Under the pieces are notes generated by a model. It saw nothing but the letters and a program-made list of their open reading frames with translations. It did no database searches and had not been told where the DNA came from. A stretch of DNA of 64,000 bases from Blepharisma stoltei ATCC 30299. Taxonomy: Eukaryota > Protista > Ciliophora. Every line of letters begins with the position of its first letter. Position 1 is the stretch's first letter. The DNA is taken from assembly GCA_965603825.1 (NCBI GenBank), contig CBFDEM010000051.1, positions 372,001 to 436,000 of the forward strand, in the 5' to 3' direction. Position numbers and translations under genes: made by a program. Below, in pieces: positions 1-11,058 of the stretch.

Positions 1-372
1 TTCTTGAGATTTTGGATGTTTTGATGCGGTATTTTTTTCTTTATGCTCTATTTGCTCTTGATTTTCAATTTTTGGATTGACTTGGCTAGGAATTTTTGGT
101 TCAGAGCCTGGCTTAGTGGAATATTTGATTTTTTCTGGCTCTTTTCTGATTATTTTAGGATAGTCGCATGGCCTGGGTGCTCTTGGATTTGCTTCATCCC
201 AAATAAATTCTTTTCCCTAAATATTAGTCACAGCTTGCTTGCATTTGAAATACTCTGCAGCAAATTTGATTATATCTTGAGGTTGTAAGCGGAGAATTTC
301 TCGTGTTAAATCACGCAATATGTTTGGAAATTCTGGAGGTATTGGAAACTGCTGCAGGTACTTGCTTGCCAT
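1..372 (-). CDS. RIIa dimerization/docking-domain protein (Sp17/ropporin/radial-spoke type); 3' end runs off the window start; 1 intron
   Basis: ATG at 372: MASKYLQQFPIPPEFPNILRDLTREILRLQPQDIIKFAAEYFKC matches the RIIa D/D motif (IP.....L....RE.LR.QP.DI..FAA.YF). Removing the 15-nt intron 217-231 removes an in-frame TAG. Absent from the ORF track. Confidence 0.85.
217..231 (-). other. 15-nt spliceosomal intron GTGACTAATATTTAG
   Basis: GT..AG, A at position 10, contains an in-frame TAG; the ORF continues (GKEFIWDE...) after removal. Confidence 0.8.
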
Positions 373-411
373 AACTGCTTTGAAATTATTTAAGAATAAA
401 AATATAAATTT

Positions 412-2229
412 ATGTCAACCGAACCTTCTCTCCCTAAATCAGCAGAGGCAGAGCACGAGTGCAAAGAAAGCTCATGCAAAAGATGCAGAGGTCATAAATG
501 TGAAGAAAAACCCAAAGTTCCCAAACAGCGACAAAGACTTTTACCTGACAAATCTGAACATCTGGTTTTGTTTAAGATAAAGTATCCTTCTCTATATGAA
601 AAACTCAGATCAGCCATTGTGCAGTTCAGACTGCTTGGAGAAGAAAAAGGCATCGGAAGAATGAGGAACAACCAAGAGCCAATGATTTCAGAATGAAATG
701 ATCTTTTAGAAAACAAATTCAAAGAAATCAGAAGGAGAAAGCGACTGGATTTAGCAAAATATAATGTGATATCTTCTCTTGATGACCTTACGATGAATGA
801 TATGAGAAGAAATAATTTACTGTCTGGAGAAGAAAAAATCACCACAAACTATGGCACAAAAACGTTCGCAGAAGTTATTGAGTCGTTGAAGAAGTCCCCA
901 TTTTTCATTAACTACATGAAAAGAAAAGAAGTAGAAAAAGAAATTTTAGAAATCGGTCCTGATTTATTTGCACAGATCGAGCTCGAAGTAGCTGAAGAGG
1001 TGATTGGAGAATATAATGACTATTTAGTTCAAGTCAAAAATTTAAGAAAAAAATACTTGCAGGAAAGAAGTAAAAAAAGTTCAGATAAATTGAGGACAGA
1101 AAGCTCAAGAAGCTATGAAAATGGATCATTTACTGATAGATCATCACTGTATAGAAAATCGAATGATCGGCCTGCAAGTTTGTCAAGAGGGAAAATCACA
1201 TATAAAAAAAACACTATTGATTTATACACAGGTGGACCAAATATTAAAAAATTTGAATGGAAAATATATTCATATGAAGATAGAATCTGTGCTGCAATAA
1301 AAATTCAATCTCATATTAGAAGATATTTGGCTAGAAAACACTACATAGCATTAAAGCTTAACAGATTGAGACATAAAAACCGCTCAAAATCTGTTAATAG
1401 ACCGAATAGAAAAACGCTTTCAACCCTTGAAGACGAAAAAATTTCGAAGCTTGAGCAGTTAATTTCTTTTATAAAAGAAAACGATTTAAAATCAATAAAA
1501 AAAATCACTCATACTTTTTCCATAGATGCTTTAAATTCAAAAGATAGCAGAGGAAATACAGCGCTTTATTATGCTTGTCAGCAGGGTTCTCTTCTTATGG
1601 TGTCATATTTGTGCACATTAGGTGCAAGTATTAATATAAAATGTGAAAAAAATTCCACTGCTTTGCATGCTGCATTTATGAGCGATAATGCTGATCTTGT
1701 ATACTACTTAATAAATAGAGGAGGAGACTTAACTGTTTTTAATGATGATTTTTCAACTCCTTTAGATTATGCAAGTGGAAAATTAGCCTCTCTTCTTGGA
1801 GTCAACTTGAAGCAGCCTAAAGGGAAAATAGTAGATAAAGGAGTAATTATGAAAAAATTCAAGCACGGAGCTCTCAGCTATTTAAGAAAGCATGAAAGGA
1901 GCAACACAGAAATTAAAAAGCAAGAAGCTATTTATACTGAAACTTCAGAAGAGCCAGAAATGCTGGCTACATTTCAAGTTAGAGAAATTCGAGAATACAG
2001 CCCACTATATCCTACTGAAAGATCTTTATCGCAAATTTCTCTGATTTCTCAAGGAAATTTTTACGAAAAAGGAAACACCTATTCAAATATGGTTAAATTA
2101 TATAAGAGGATTAAAGAAGACCAATGTCCACCTATAAAAAGAATTTGTAGAACAAGGTCACAAATTTTGCGAGAGGAGAGAAATAAAATTTTGATGAAAG
2201 AAATGCCGAAAATTAAATTGCTGTCTTAA
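412..2229 (+). CDS. IQ-motif and ankyrin-repeat protein
   Basis: ORFs 412-696 and 766-2229 are in one frame joined through TGA 694-696. IQ motif AAIKIQSHIRRYLARKHY; ankyrin repeats GNTALYYAC, STALHAAF, TPLDYA; ends TAA. Confidence 0.85.
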
Positions 2230-2383
2230 TTAGGGTCAATCTATTACTATTGATAAATATTTTATAATTAATTACTTATAGGCTCTGCCAAAAATAAGAT
2301 ATGCAATCATCTTAAAAAGTGTAGTTAAAAACAAACACATTTTTGTAGGTTGCAAGATCTTAATATTTAGCTTAATTAATCCA

Positions 2384-2845
2384 TTAATTTACTGAGTCCC
2401 AGCATGATATATCTATATCATTAGATTGATTAAGTTCTGATTTTAACACTTTTTTGTCACATATCTTGAATGAGCTACTAGGAGTAACTTCAAATGATGG
2501 GGTATATCTGCCATATGACTTAGTGCTGGATTTACTCATATATCCAGATTTACTTGTAGTTTTAGAGTTCATTGTTGAATTTCTAGGTGCATAGTAGTAT
2601 TTATATGGCAAATTTGCCTTGAAAAGTACAGGTTTTATCATTTTGGCTTGCTTTGTTTGGGTACTAATAAGTGGCAAAGCTTCAAGATTATTCACGTCTT
2701 CCAAATATAATTTTCTTGATAACTTCACAGTCTCTTTTATTTTTCTTTCTCTTTGATATTCTTTCAATATTTCATAAAACATAGGTTTCTTATTAGGATT
2801 GTAATATCTATGGATTCTTGTATTGTCTTGCCTCATTCCAAGCAT
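2384..2845 (-). CDS. hypothetical protein, basic/Ser-rich, 153 aa
   Basis: Intact ATG-TAA ORF flanked by AT-rich spacers; no recognisable domain. Confidence 0.65.
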   Translation of the reverse strand: MLGMRQDNTRIHRYYNPNKKPMFYEILKEYQRERKIKETVKLSRKLYLEDVNNLEALPLISTQTKQAKMIKPVLFKANLPYKYYYAPRNSTMNSKTTSKSGYMSKSSTKSYGRYTPSFEVTPSSSFKICDKKVLKSELNQSNDIDISCWDSVN

Positions 2846-2923
2846 AATTGAAGTTAATTAAAAGATTTCATATACAACATTTTACTGGAATTTAAGTACT
2901 AAAACGATTTTTATTAATTCAAA

Positions 2924-3781
2924 CTACTTACTCACAATTAAAGCTAACTCGGAATGCAACTTCTTCACAAATGCTGGAATATGGTTGGCTGATGTCGATT
3001 TCACTATCGATTTCGGAACTTTTCCTCCAAAGTTCACAATATTTATATAAACAACTTTGCTTTTATTTCCTGCTTCGTCCATCTGAATTGGCTCCACATA
3101 ATAGCCGCTCAATTTCACAGTCGCTCTTACAATATTTTCTGTCGGTTCAAGATCAGGATGGTCACAAGAGGTATTAATCAATAAAGTTCCATTATGAGCT
3201 TTTTCTACTCTCGATACGAGTAAAACGTCTCTTGAAGAAATCATGGGAACTTTTTTGAATTTTGAATGGGTTACAATGACATCTGGCGGGTATTTCGCTA
3301 TGATGTTGACAGTTTCTAAGCTTTTGTCCCATCTGCATCTATCTTCTACTTTAGTCATAAAATCGAAAAATTCTCTGGCACCATACGGCATGTACCATTG
3401 GCCCTTGACCATAACACCTTCGGGCACTTCTTTAGCGTATATCAAAAAGCCATCCTTTTTGGACATCTCTTGGCATCCTTCTTCTTGCATAGGTGCTTGA
3501 AGATGAGCTACAAAATCAGCTGTTGCTTTGTCTAATAAGTTTCCTAGAAGTCCTACATCAAAAATTGGTCCAGATGGGACATCATCAAGTTCAATTGATT
3601 CGACAGTATTTTGTTCTTCAATGATTTCGAGCATTGGATCAATTGTTTTAATTTGAACTTTTGGGTCTGGAATATGAGCTAACTGAGGATGAGACTCTTC
3701 TAATTCTTTTTCAGGCAGTAAAGGGTCGTCATCTGCTGGCTTGAAGCATTCTAAGCACATTTTTGAAGCTGCATTCCCCAT
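2924..3781 (-). CDS. START lipid-transfer domain protein with putative N-myristoylation site
   Basis: MGNAASK N-terminus; START motifs R.RWDK, PMISSRDVLL, HPD..P....VRA, GGKVPKSIV; ends TAG. Confidence 0.85.
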   Translation of the reverse strand: MGNAASKMCLECFKPADDDPLLPEKELEESHPQLAHIPDPKVQIKTIDPMLEIIEEQNTVESIELDDVPSGPIFDVGLLGNLLDKATADFVAHLQAPMQEEGCQEMSKKDGFLIYAKEVPEGVMVKGQWYMPYGAREFFDFMTKVEDRCRWDKSLETVNIIAKYPPDVIVTHSKFKKVPMISSRDVLLVSRVEKAHNGTLLINTSCDHPDLEPTENIVRATVKLSGYYVEPIQMDEAGNKSKVVYINIVNFGGKVPKSIVKSTSANHIPAFVKKLHSELALIVSK

Positions 3782-3962
3782 CTATTATTTTTCTTAAAGA
3801 TACTATTATGATATAGTTTAACGAATAATGAGGAATTTAAAAGATATAATGATTTTTGGTTATTTTAATAAAAATAAAACCAATTTTTAATTGATTTTTC
3901 TAATCTCCTTGAGTTTTAAACGCAAAATGATTTTTAGGAATTCACTTAACTATTTATATAAA

Positions 3963-5579
3963 ATGGAAAGTGAAGATAATGAAATCGACTTATTAGCTAA
4001 CACAAAATTAACTTATAGTCAAGTTTTTGATCTTGCTACTAGTAAAACTTCTGATGAAAACTCAGCAACTCTGCAAAATCAGTCTATTTGAAAAATTTTG
4101 ATTCTTGATGAACTCTCAAGTTTAAGTTTGACAACCTTGATCCACATAAGTAGTCTACGAAAACATAACATTACACTATATCTCAGTCTCAACTCACAGA
4201 GAGAGCCTTTAGCCTCTGCAATAGCAATTTATTTAATCGAACCCACAGAAATCAATATTCAGCAGCTAATAAGAGACATGACAAATCGATTATATGATGC
4301 CTATCAAATTGATTTCCTTTATCATCCATCACAAGAAATTATACAAATGCTTAGAAAAGGGCTCTCCGATGCAACAATAAGATCAAAGCTGCTTAAAATG
4401 TGCGTGTTTCATCTCAATTATATTGTACTAGAGGAAAAATTATTTTGCTTAAATGGACCTTCTTTTGAAGACTTATATTTTTCAAGTGAAAATTGAAGCT
4501 TATATGAGAAAATTGCAATGGGATTGTTTTCTATATTAAAAACATGCAAAATTAGACCTATTATTAAAGCTACTAAAGGAATGAGTCAGCAAGTTGCTTC
4601 AAGTCTAGCAAGGCTTTGCTGAGATGACCATGAAGAAATCCACTCTTTATCACGCCCTTTGTTGCTAATAGTGGACCGTAAAATTGATTTTTCAGTCATG
4701 CTTCATCATCCATGGACATATCAAGCCCTCGCTTCTGACGTATTTGAATACGAGTCGAATAAGCTTTTATTGTCCGGAGAGCCAGCTTTGCTTTATGAGC
4801 TTGACAAAACAAGAGACAAATTTTGAAAATTGCAGGGAGACCTTCCATTTAATGATATCTTAGGAAATATTGAGCAGTCAGTCTCTGATTGAAAGGAAAA
4901 GTATGATGCGATTGACAAGAATTTCAAAGAAACCATTGGAGATGTAGCTGAAATTACTGAAGAAAAAAAAATCTTAGACACACATATGAGCATTGCTAGC
5001 AGGCTAGTTAATGAAGTCCATGCAAGGAATTTGCATAATTTCAGCCAAAATGAAGCTTATTTAATGCATGGTCAAACCCCTGCAGACGAAGAATTCTTAA
5101 AAAATCAGTCAGAAAATGACACTGAGGAATTTAAGCAGGATTTATTAAGATATGAAATTATAAAATTCTTGCATGGAAAGAAAGAAAACATTTCAGAAGA
5201 AAATATCCTAAGATTCCTTGAGAGCACTAGAGAAGAAGTAAAACAAACCACAAAAATGAAGCTGATCACTGGTTTAGCCAAAAAACTTAAAGATAACTTA
5301 ATGGGGCATGAACAGTGGTTTCCTATCACAAAATTTTTATATCAGGCAATGAAAAATACAGGCACAGAGCTAGAAACCTATGATTCAATGGAAGAAAAAG
5401 GAGGAGGATACAAGCGAGAGTTTAATGAAGCTATTTTATTTGTGATTGGTGGAGGAAGTTATACAGAATACTGCAATTTGAATCATTTTTCCAAAGAGTT
5501 TAATAAAACTGTTATCTATGGATCTACCGAGATTTATTCGCCAAATAAGTTTTTAGAGCAATTAAAGAAAGCCAAATAA
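3963..5579 (+). CDS. SLY1: Sec1/Munc18-family protein, Sly1/SCFD1-like (538 aa)
   Basis: Single frame through five TGA. Motifs (W)KILILD, LRKHNITL, REPL...AIYLIEPT, RPLLLIVDRKIDF...HHPWTYQAL, AILFVIGGGSYTEY.NL, YGSTEI. Confidence 0.9.
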
Positions 5580-6626
5580 TTAATTATTTCTTGCTACAAA
5601 ATCAATCATATTGTAATAGCTATCTTTGAGCTCTTGGCTTATAAAGCTTGCTTCAAACCCATTTCTTGCTAGTAATGCTAAAATCTCTTTTACTTCATTT
5701 TCACTCAAATCTTGAAAACTATCAGCAACAGTTTTGTAATTATCATTCAAATATCCTCCAAAAAATGCTGGATCATCACTATTTATTGTAGCCACTACCT
5801 TTCTGTCTAATAATTCTTTGACCACGTTTCTTCCTGCAAAATATCTTGTATTTACTTGCAGCCTATTATTAGAATTCGGGCATACAGTCAAAGGGATTCT
5901 TGAATTTTCTAAAAATTTGCATAAATAAGGGTCTTCTAAAGATCTCACTCCATGGTCAATTCTTTTAGCTTTTAAGAATATTAAGGCTTCCAATACATAG
6001 CTAGGATCTCCTTCTTCTCCTGCATGAGCTACAATATTATTTCCGTTTTCTCCACAAAGTCCTAATCTCGCTGCTTCTCTAAAAGCATTTTTGAATTTGC
6101 TTGGAGGGTTTCCAATTTCAGCAGAGTCCAAGCCAATTCCAGCTATCATATTCTTATATTGGCTAGCTTCATTGAAGATTTCAATTGCATTTTCTTCTGA
6201 CAAATCTCTCAAAATGCATAAAATCCACCTTACGCTTAAGCCTAACATTTCTGCTTCTGTGGTTGCTCTTTGAAAGCCAAGCATAAAAGTTTCAAAAGAA
6301 ATGCCACGGGAGCGATGGGTTTGTGGGTCAAAAAATACTTCTGTGTGCTTGATGCTATTTGAAATAGCTCTTCTGAAATAAGCCATAGCTAGCTCATAAA
6401 AGTCTGATTCAGTAATTAAAACTTTGCAGGCATCGTAGTATTGATTTAAGAAATCTTGCAGGTCTGTGAAGTGTTGACGCTTGGCTCGAGATTCTTCGAG
6501 AGTGTATGGTAAGGAAATAGAATTTTGGGCTGCTAGTGTAAAAAGTAGTTCAGGTTCCATAGTGCCCTCGATGTGGACATGAAGTTCAGCTTTTGGCAAA
6601 GCAGCAATAAAATCTGAAATTGACAT
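5580..6626 (-). CDS. adenine/adenosine deaminase (amidohydrolase; Aah1/bacterial Add-like)
   Basis: LPKAELHVHIEGT, FFDPQTH, GLDSAE, VAHAGEEG, RIDHGV, LTVCPNSN, INSDDPAFFGGY. Confidence 0.92.
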   Translation of the reverse strand: MSISDFIAALPKAELHVHIEGTMEPELLFTLAAQNSISLPYTLEESRAKRQHFTDLQDFLNQYYDACKVLITESDFYELAMAYFRRAISNSIKHTEVFFDPQTHRSRGISFETFMLGFQRATTEAEMLGLSVRWILCILRDLSEENAIEIFNEASQYKNMIAGIGLDSAEIGNPPSKFKNAFREAARLGLCGENGNNIVAHAGEEGDPSYVLEALIFLKAKRIDHGVRSLEDPYLCKFLENSRIPLTVCPNSNNRLQVNTRYFAGRNVVKELLDRKVVATINSDDPAFFGGYLNDNYKTVADSFQDLSENEVKEILALLARNGFEASFISQELKDSYYNMIDFVARNN

Positions 6627-6766
6627 TAGTGAATAGAAATTATTAGATGTAATGGCTTCAATAGCAATTATCTAAGACTATAATAGCGACTAAATTATTT
6701 CTCAATACATTTAGCACAAACAGCACTTTATTCAAATCTATGAAGTTCAAAAATATTTATTAATAT

Positions 6767-8326
6767 CTAAATTATCACAAATATCATCAGGAAAAATAAA
6801 GCATTCATAAGCGTTTCGGAACGATTTTCACATGAATTTCCTGAATACCCGCTATCACAGTTGCAGCTTCCATCGACACAAAGTCCTCTTCCAGAGCATC
6901 CATTAATGCAGGGCAAGTTTCTGCATAGAATGTCTGATGGAGGGCATTTAATGACTCCATTATATCCTCTTATAGTTTGAAGCCCTCCAGAAGGTGTACA
7001 ATAAATTACTTCCTGGCCAATATGAACAGTAGCTATTGATCCTTGGCAAGTAATTTTATGGCATCCAGCATGATAATTGATACTAAAATTAGAAAGCTTG
7101 TTAACGTAAGTCCCTTCTAGACATCTAGAAGAATCACCTGACTGCTCTCCATAAGCCTTATAATTAAGATCGACTGGAATGCTCAATAGGTCTCTGCAGC
7201 TGCCGTCGCTGTTTGGCATTACAACTGGACAATAATCTAAATATTTATCATCTCCACCCATATAGGGACTACTAAAATATTGATACTCAGCTGGGATCTT
7301 ATCAGTGTAGGTTCCTAAATTGCACATTCCTTTAAACGTATGGGTAGCATCACAATAAGAAGTCCCAGATGTTAAATTGCAAAAATTCGAAAAATTCGGA
7401 GCACCATCAGTTACACAGCTATCTGTAAAAAATGTGCAGCCTGCCTGGTAACCCCACACAATGGTGTCAGAATAATCATAATTGGCTTGATATCACCCAG
7501 AGTCCTGAAACAGTGCTAGCGATATATCTGAATAAACTACATAGTAAACATCTGAATCCGGGACCATAAAGTCATTAAACATCAGTCTTTTTGACCAGTG
7601 TATTGATGATGCAGTGTCAGAAGTAATACTTGCTAAATCCATCCCATATAAATTATTACACCCAAATGCAATTTCTGCCTTATTAATAACGCTTGATGTT
7701 TTTATATATGACACCTCTGAGCTTCTTCTATAATAGCTTCCCAATACATTAGAAATTCCCAGCCATTCTCCTTGCTTTTCACTAAAATAAGGCAGCAGTT
7801 TTGCATTGAATACCAAAATATGTGCGATTTGATGCACAACTTGAGCATAAATCTGTTCCCAAGTTTTGTTTTCCCATGTCCCTTGTATATAAATAACTCC
7901 TAAAATTGGTCTCATGCTTAGATCAGGGTCAACTTCACAAATTTGAGCTCAAGCCAAGTCGTCCCCAGTTGCATTATATTTAAAAAGTATCGCGACATCT
8001 CCATCTGTAATTCCTTTATTTAATTCACTAGGAATTGTGTAATTTAAGCAGGAGGTAGAGGATACGGTCAGAGTAGAAACTTTTACAACTTTTATTGCAT
8101 GATTATAGTAATTAAGGGCATTTGGGATGTATTCTTTTGAAAGTGATGAAGAAAAAGAGGAGGATGAGGATGCTTCAAAGTAAGTTTTAATGCGAATTCC
8201 TTCTCAGTTTGGCTCGGTAACAGGAGGGCCTAAGAGTTTGCGGCGTTCAGAGAATTGGAGATTATGAGAAGGCGGCTCAGTGCATCCTAAAACAAATAGA
8301 GGAAGTAGCAGGAGTTCGAAAACCAT
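6767..8326 (-). CDS. leishmanolysin/GP63 (peptidase M8)-like surface protein with C-terminal EGF-like domain; zinc motif is HQIAH
   Basis: ATG 8326 with signal-like N-terminus, one frame through three TGA. Motifs LA(W)AQIC...RP, VHQIAHIL, SIHWSKR...DFM, LALFQDSG(W)Y, GG...LDYCP; EGF CSGRGLC..G.C.C..GY.G..C; hydrophobic C-terminus. Confidence 0.88.
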
Positions 8327-8530
8327 TTATAATATAAAAAAGTAAAATTATAATCATATAAACCTGGCTGATGTTCTATAAGACAGAATTTGATCGGGTT
8401 TGTGAGGATATAAATACAAAAGAGCTCTGAATGATGCATCAGATTCTATTTAAAACCTTCAAAATTGTCTGTTGTTAAAGATAAATAGGATTAATTTGAA
8501 ACACTAGCATAAATTCAATAAATCTCTATG

Positions 8531-8902
8531 TTAATTATTTTCTCTCCATTTCATTAAATCACTCACTATCTCTGGACTCGCGTGCTCATAATGCTTGTGA
8601 ATGATTTTTAGTAAATCATCTTCCATCAGCTCTGTGAGCCTCTTTTTTTCATCTTCATCGTCTTCCTCATTCCCGGCATTGAAAGCTGGGATTTGCCTTG
8701 TATAAAGTCATGGTCTGTACCGAAAATCTTTTATTAGCTCATAGAATACTTCTCAAACTTCCTGAGTTAATCCAAAGTCTCTTACTTCAGGGTGCTCTTT
8801 TGTATACTTATCTAGAAATCGATCTATTTGAGATTTTGTCCTCACTTGTGCTTGAATTTTCTGAAAGACCTTTTCTGCTTGTCTAAATTTAATATTAAAC
8901 AT
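8531..8902 (-). CDS. hypothetical protein, 123 aa, missed by the ORF track
   Basis: ATG 8902 to TAA 8531 open when two TGA are read as Trp: MFNIKFRQAEKVFQKIQAQVRTK...DLMKWRENN; coding-like composition between AT-rich spacers. Confidence 0.7.
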
Positions 8903-9161
8903 TAATAAATTTTATATTTAAACTTTATTAGGTTTCAAAAATAAGAAGTCTAAAATAGTTACAAAAACTTACCCTAACTTGAGTAAAATATATATAAATC
9001 TATTGGCATATGACTTAGCCATTATAAAGTCAGTCAATGTTAATTTAAAAAACGCCTTACCAAGCAGCAATAGTCCAAAATATATTTATCCAGGATTCTA
9101 TCTGCACCTTCTCAGTATTTTTGATGCTAATTAAAAAAGCTTCTCCTTATAAACATATAAT

Positions 9162-10781
9162 ATGGACTCAGTAGGCTCACGTAGAAAGAAATCAATGAAA
9201 CAATACGAACTATTTATCAAGGCTTTGAACCTATCAAGCAAGACAACTATATCTCCTTATTGTCATCTCCAATGGAAAACTGAAGATCAACCATATATGG
9301 ATGCAGACTCAACTGAAGTAATACCAAAAACCCGAGACCCAGCATGAAAGAAAAGCCTTATTATCAACTGGGATGGAGAAACTCTGGACACATGAAATAT
9401 TCAAGTACTTTCTGGGACTGAGCTTATTGGAAGTGTTGAATGCTCATCTAGGACTCTGCTATCAAGACACCCATTTATTGCATATTTAGCAAAAAATAAC
9501 CAAAATCAAATCACAGGAACCATTTTAATCCACTCAGAAGAAGTCAAAGATATCGATAAAAAACTTACTTTAGTATTAGCAGGACATGATATTGAGAAGA
9601 AAGATATTTTTGGAAAAAGCGATCCTTATTTAATTTTTTATCGTCTATTAGATGATGGGAATTGGTATGAATGCTATAGGACTGAAAAAATTATGGGAAC
9701 AACTGAGCCGAATTGAAAGCCAATTGAAACAAATGTTCATAATTTATGCAACGGAGAGCTTGATAGGGCAATAAAAATTGAATGCTATGACTGGGATAGA
9801 ATTGGCAAAGATGAATATATTGCAAGTGCCACTGTTACTCTAACTGACTTATGTGTAAATGGAAGCACATTCGAATTAATAAATTCAGATAAAAAGGGGA
9901 GAGAGGATTATATAAACTCAGGAAAAATTGAAATGATTTCAGCATTGTCTGAGAAAAATTATACATTTCAGGAGTATTTGATGATGGGAACGAAAATAAA
10001 TATTATGGTTGGGATTGATTTTACGTTTTCTAATGGAGATCACACTCTATTAAGCTCACTCCATTATGCTAATACAGCAACAAAAAATGAATATCAAAGA
10101 GCTATAGAGAGTCTGCAAGAAGTGCTTGAAAAAAATATAGAAAGTCCAACGTATGAGGCATATGGATTTGGAGGAATTCCTGATTGACTTGAGTCAAAGC
10201 AAGTTAATCACTGCTTTGCTTTGAATAAAAATGAAGACAACCCATCTGTTAGCAGCTTCGCTGATATAGTTCAAAAGTACTTAGACGGATTGCTTAACAT
10301 CAAACTCTCAGGTCCTTCCTATTTTCATGGTATTTTGCAAAAGGCAGTCGATAAAGCTAAGCCTATCATTGATGGTAAATTATATACAATTTTGATTTTG
10401 GTCACTGATGGAGATATTGATGATTTGCCACAAACTGTAGAATTGCTTCAGGAAGCTTCAAAGTATCCGATCAGTGTGATTGTTGTGGGAGTTGGAGAAG
10501 CTGATTTTTCTAATATGAACAGCCTTGATTCAGATACAGGGCTTTTAAGAGCTAATAAACAATCAGATCCAACTATGAGAGATCTAGTTCAATTTGTGCC
10601 TTATAGACAGCTTATGTCGACTCCTCAATTATTATCAGATAAAATACTGGAGGAGCTGCCAGAACAGTTTGAGACTTATATGAGGAATGCAGGAATTAAG
10701 CCAGAATTCACTCCAGAGGCATTGATTAGGTCGTTGACAATTAAGCATTTGAATAGCTTAGGAAAATCCTTATTAAGTTAA
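9162..10781 (+). CDS. copine (C2-C2-vWA Ca2+-dependent phospholipid-binding protein)
   Basis: One frame through several TGA. TEVI..T.DP.(W), KDIFGKSDPYL, IECYDWD, VGIDFT.SNG...SLHY, YGFGG, HCFALN, LSGPS.F, ILILVTDGDI, PISVIVVGVG.ADF, RDLVQFVP. Confidence 0.93.
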
Positions 10782-11058
10782 TAGTTTGAATCAAAGTTTC
10801 TTCCTGGTTTTGATTTAAATATAAAATAAGAGTTACCGACATAATTTTATAGTTCTCATTCATACAAGAAACAGTTTAGCATAGATTTAATTAGATTTAA
10901 GTGAATTTATGCAGACTTTAGCGCTGATAATTTAAATATTTTAATTCAACAATGAAAAGAAGATTTTGCCATTTTCCCTGTCTATTTTCAAAACTATATT
11001 ATGAGGATACGTTATCTTAAAATAATCTTGCATTTATTCATAAATATAAACCTAAAAG

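Noticed and set aside
8972-8978. CCCTAAC telomere-like heptamer (also near 63813)
   Set aside because: Single copies only, no tandem array; expected by chance.
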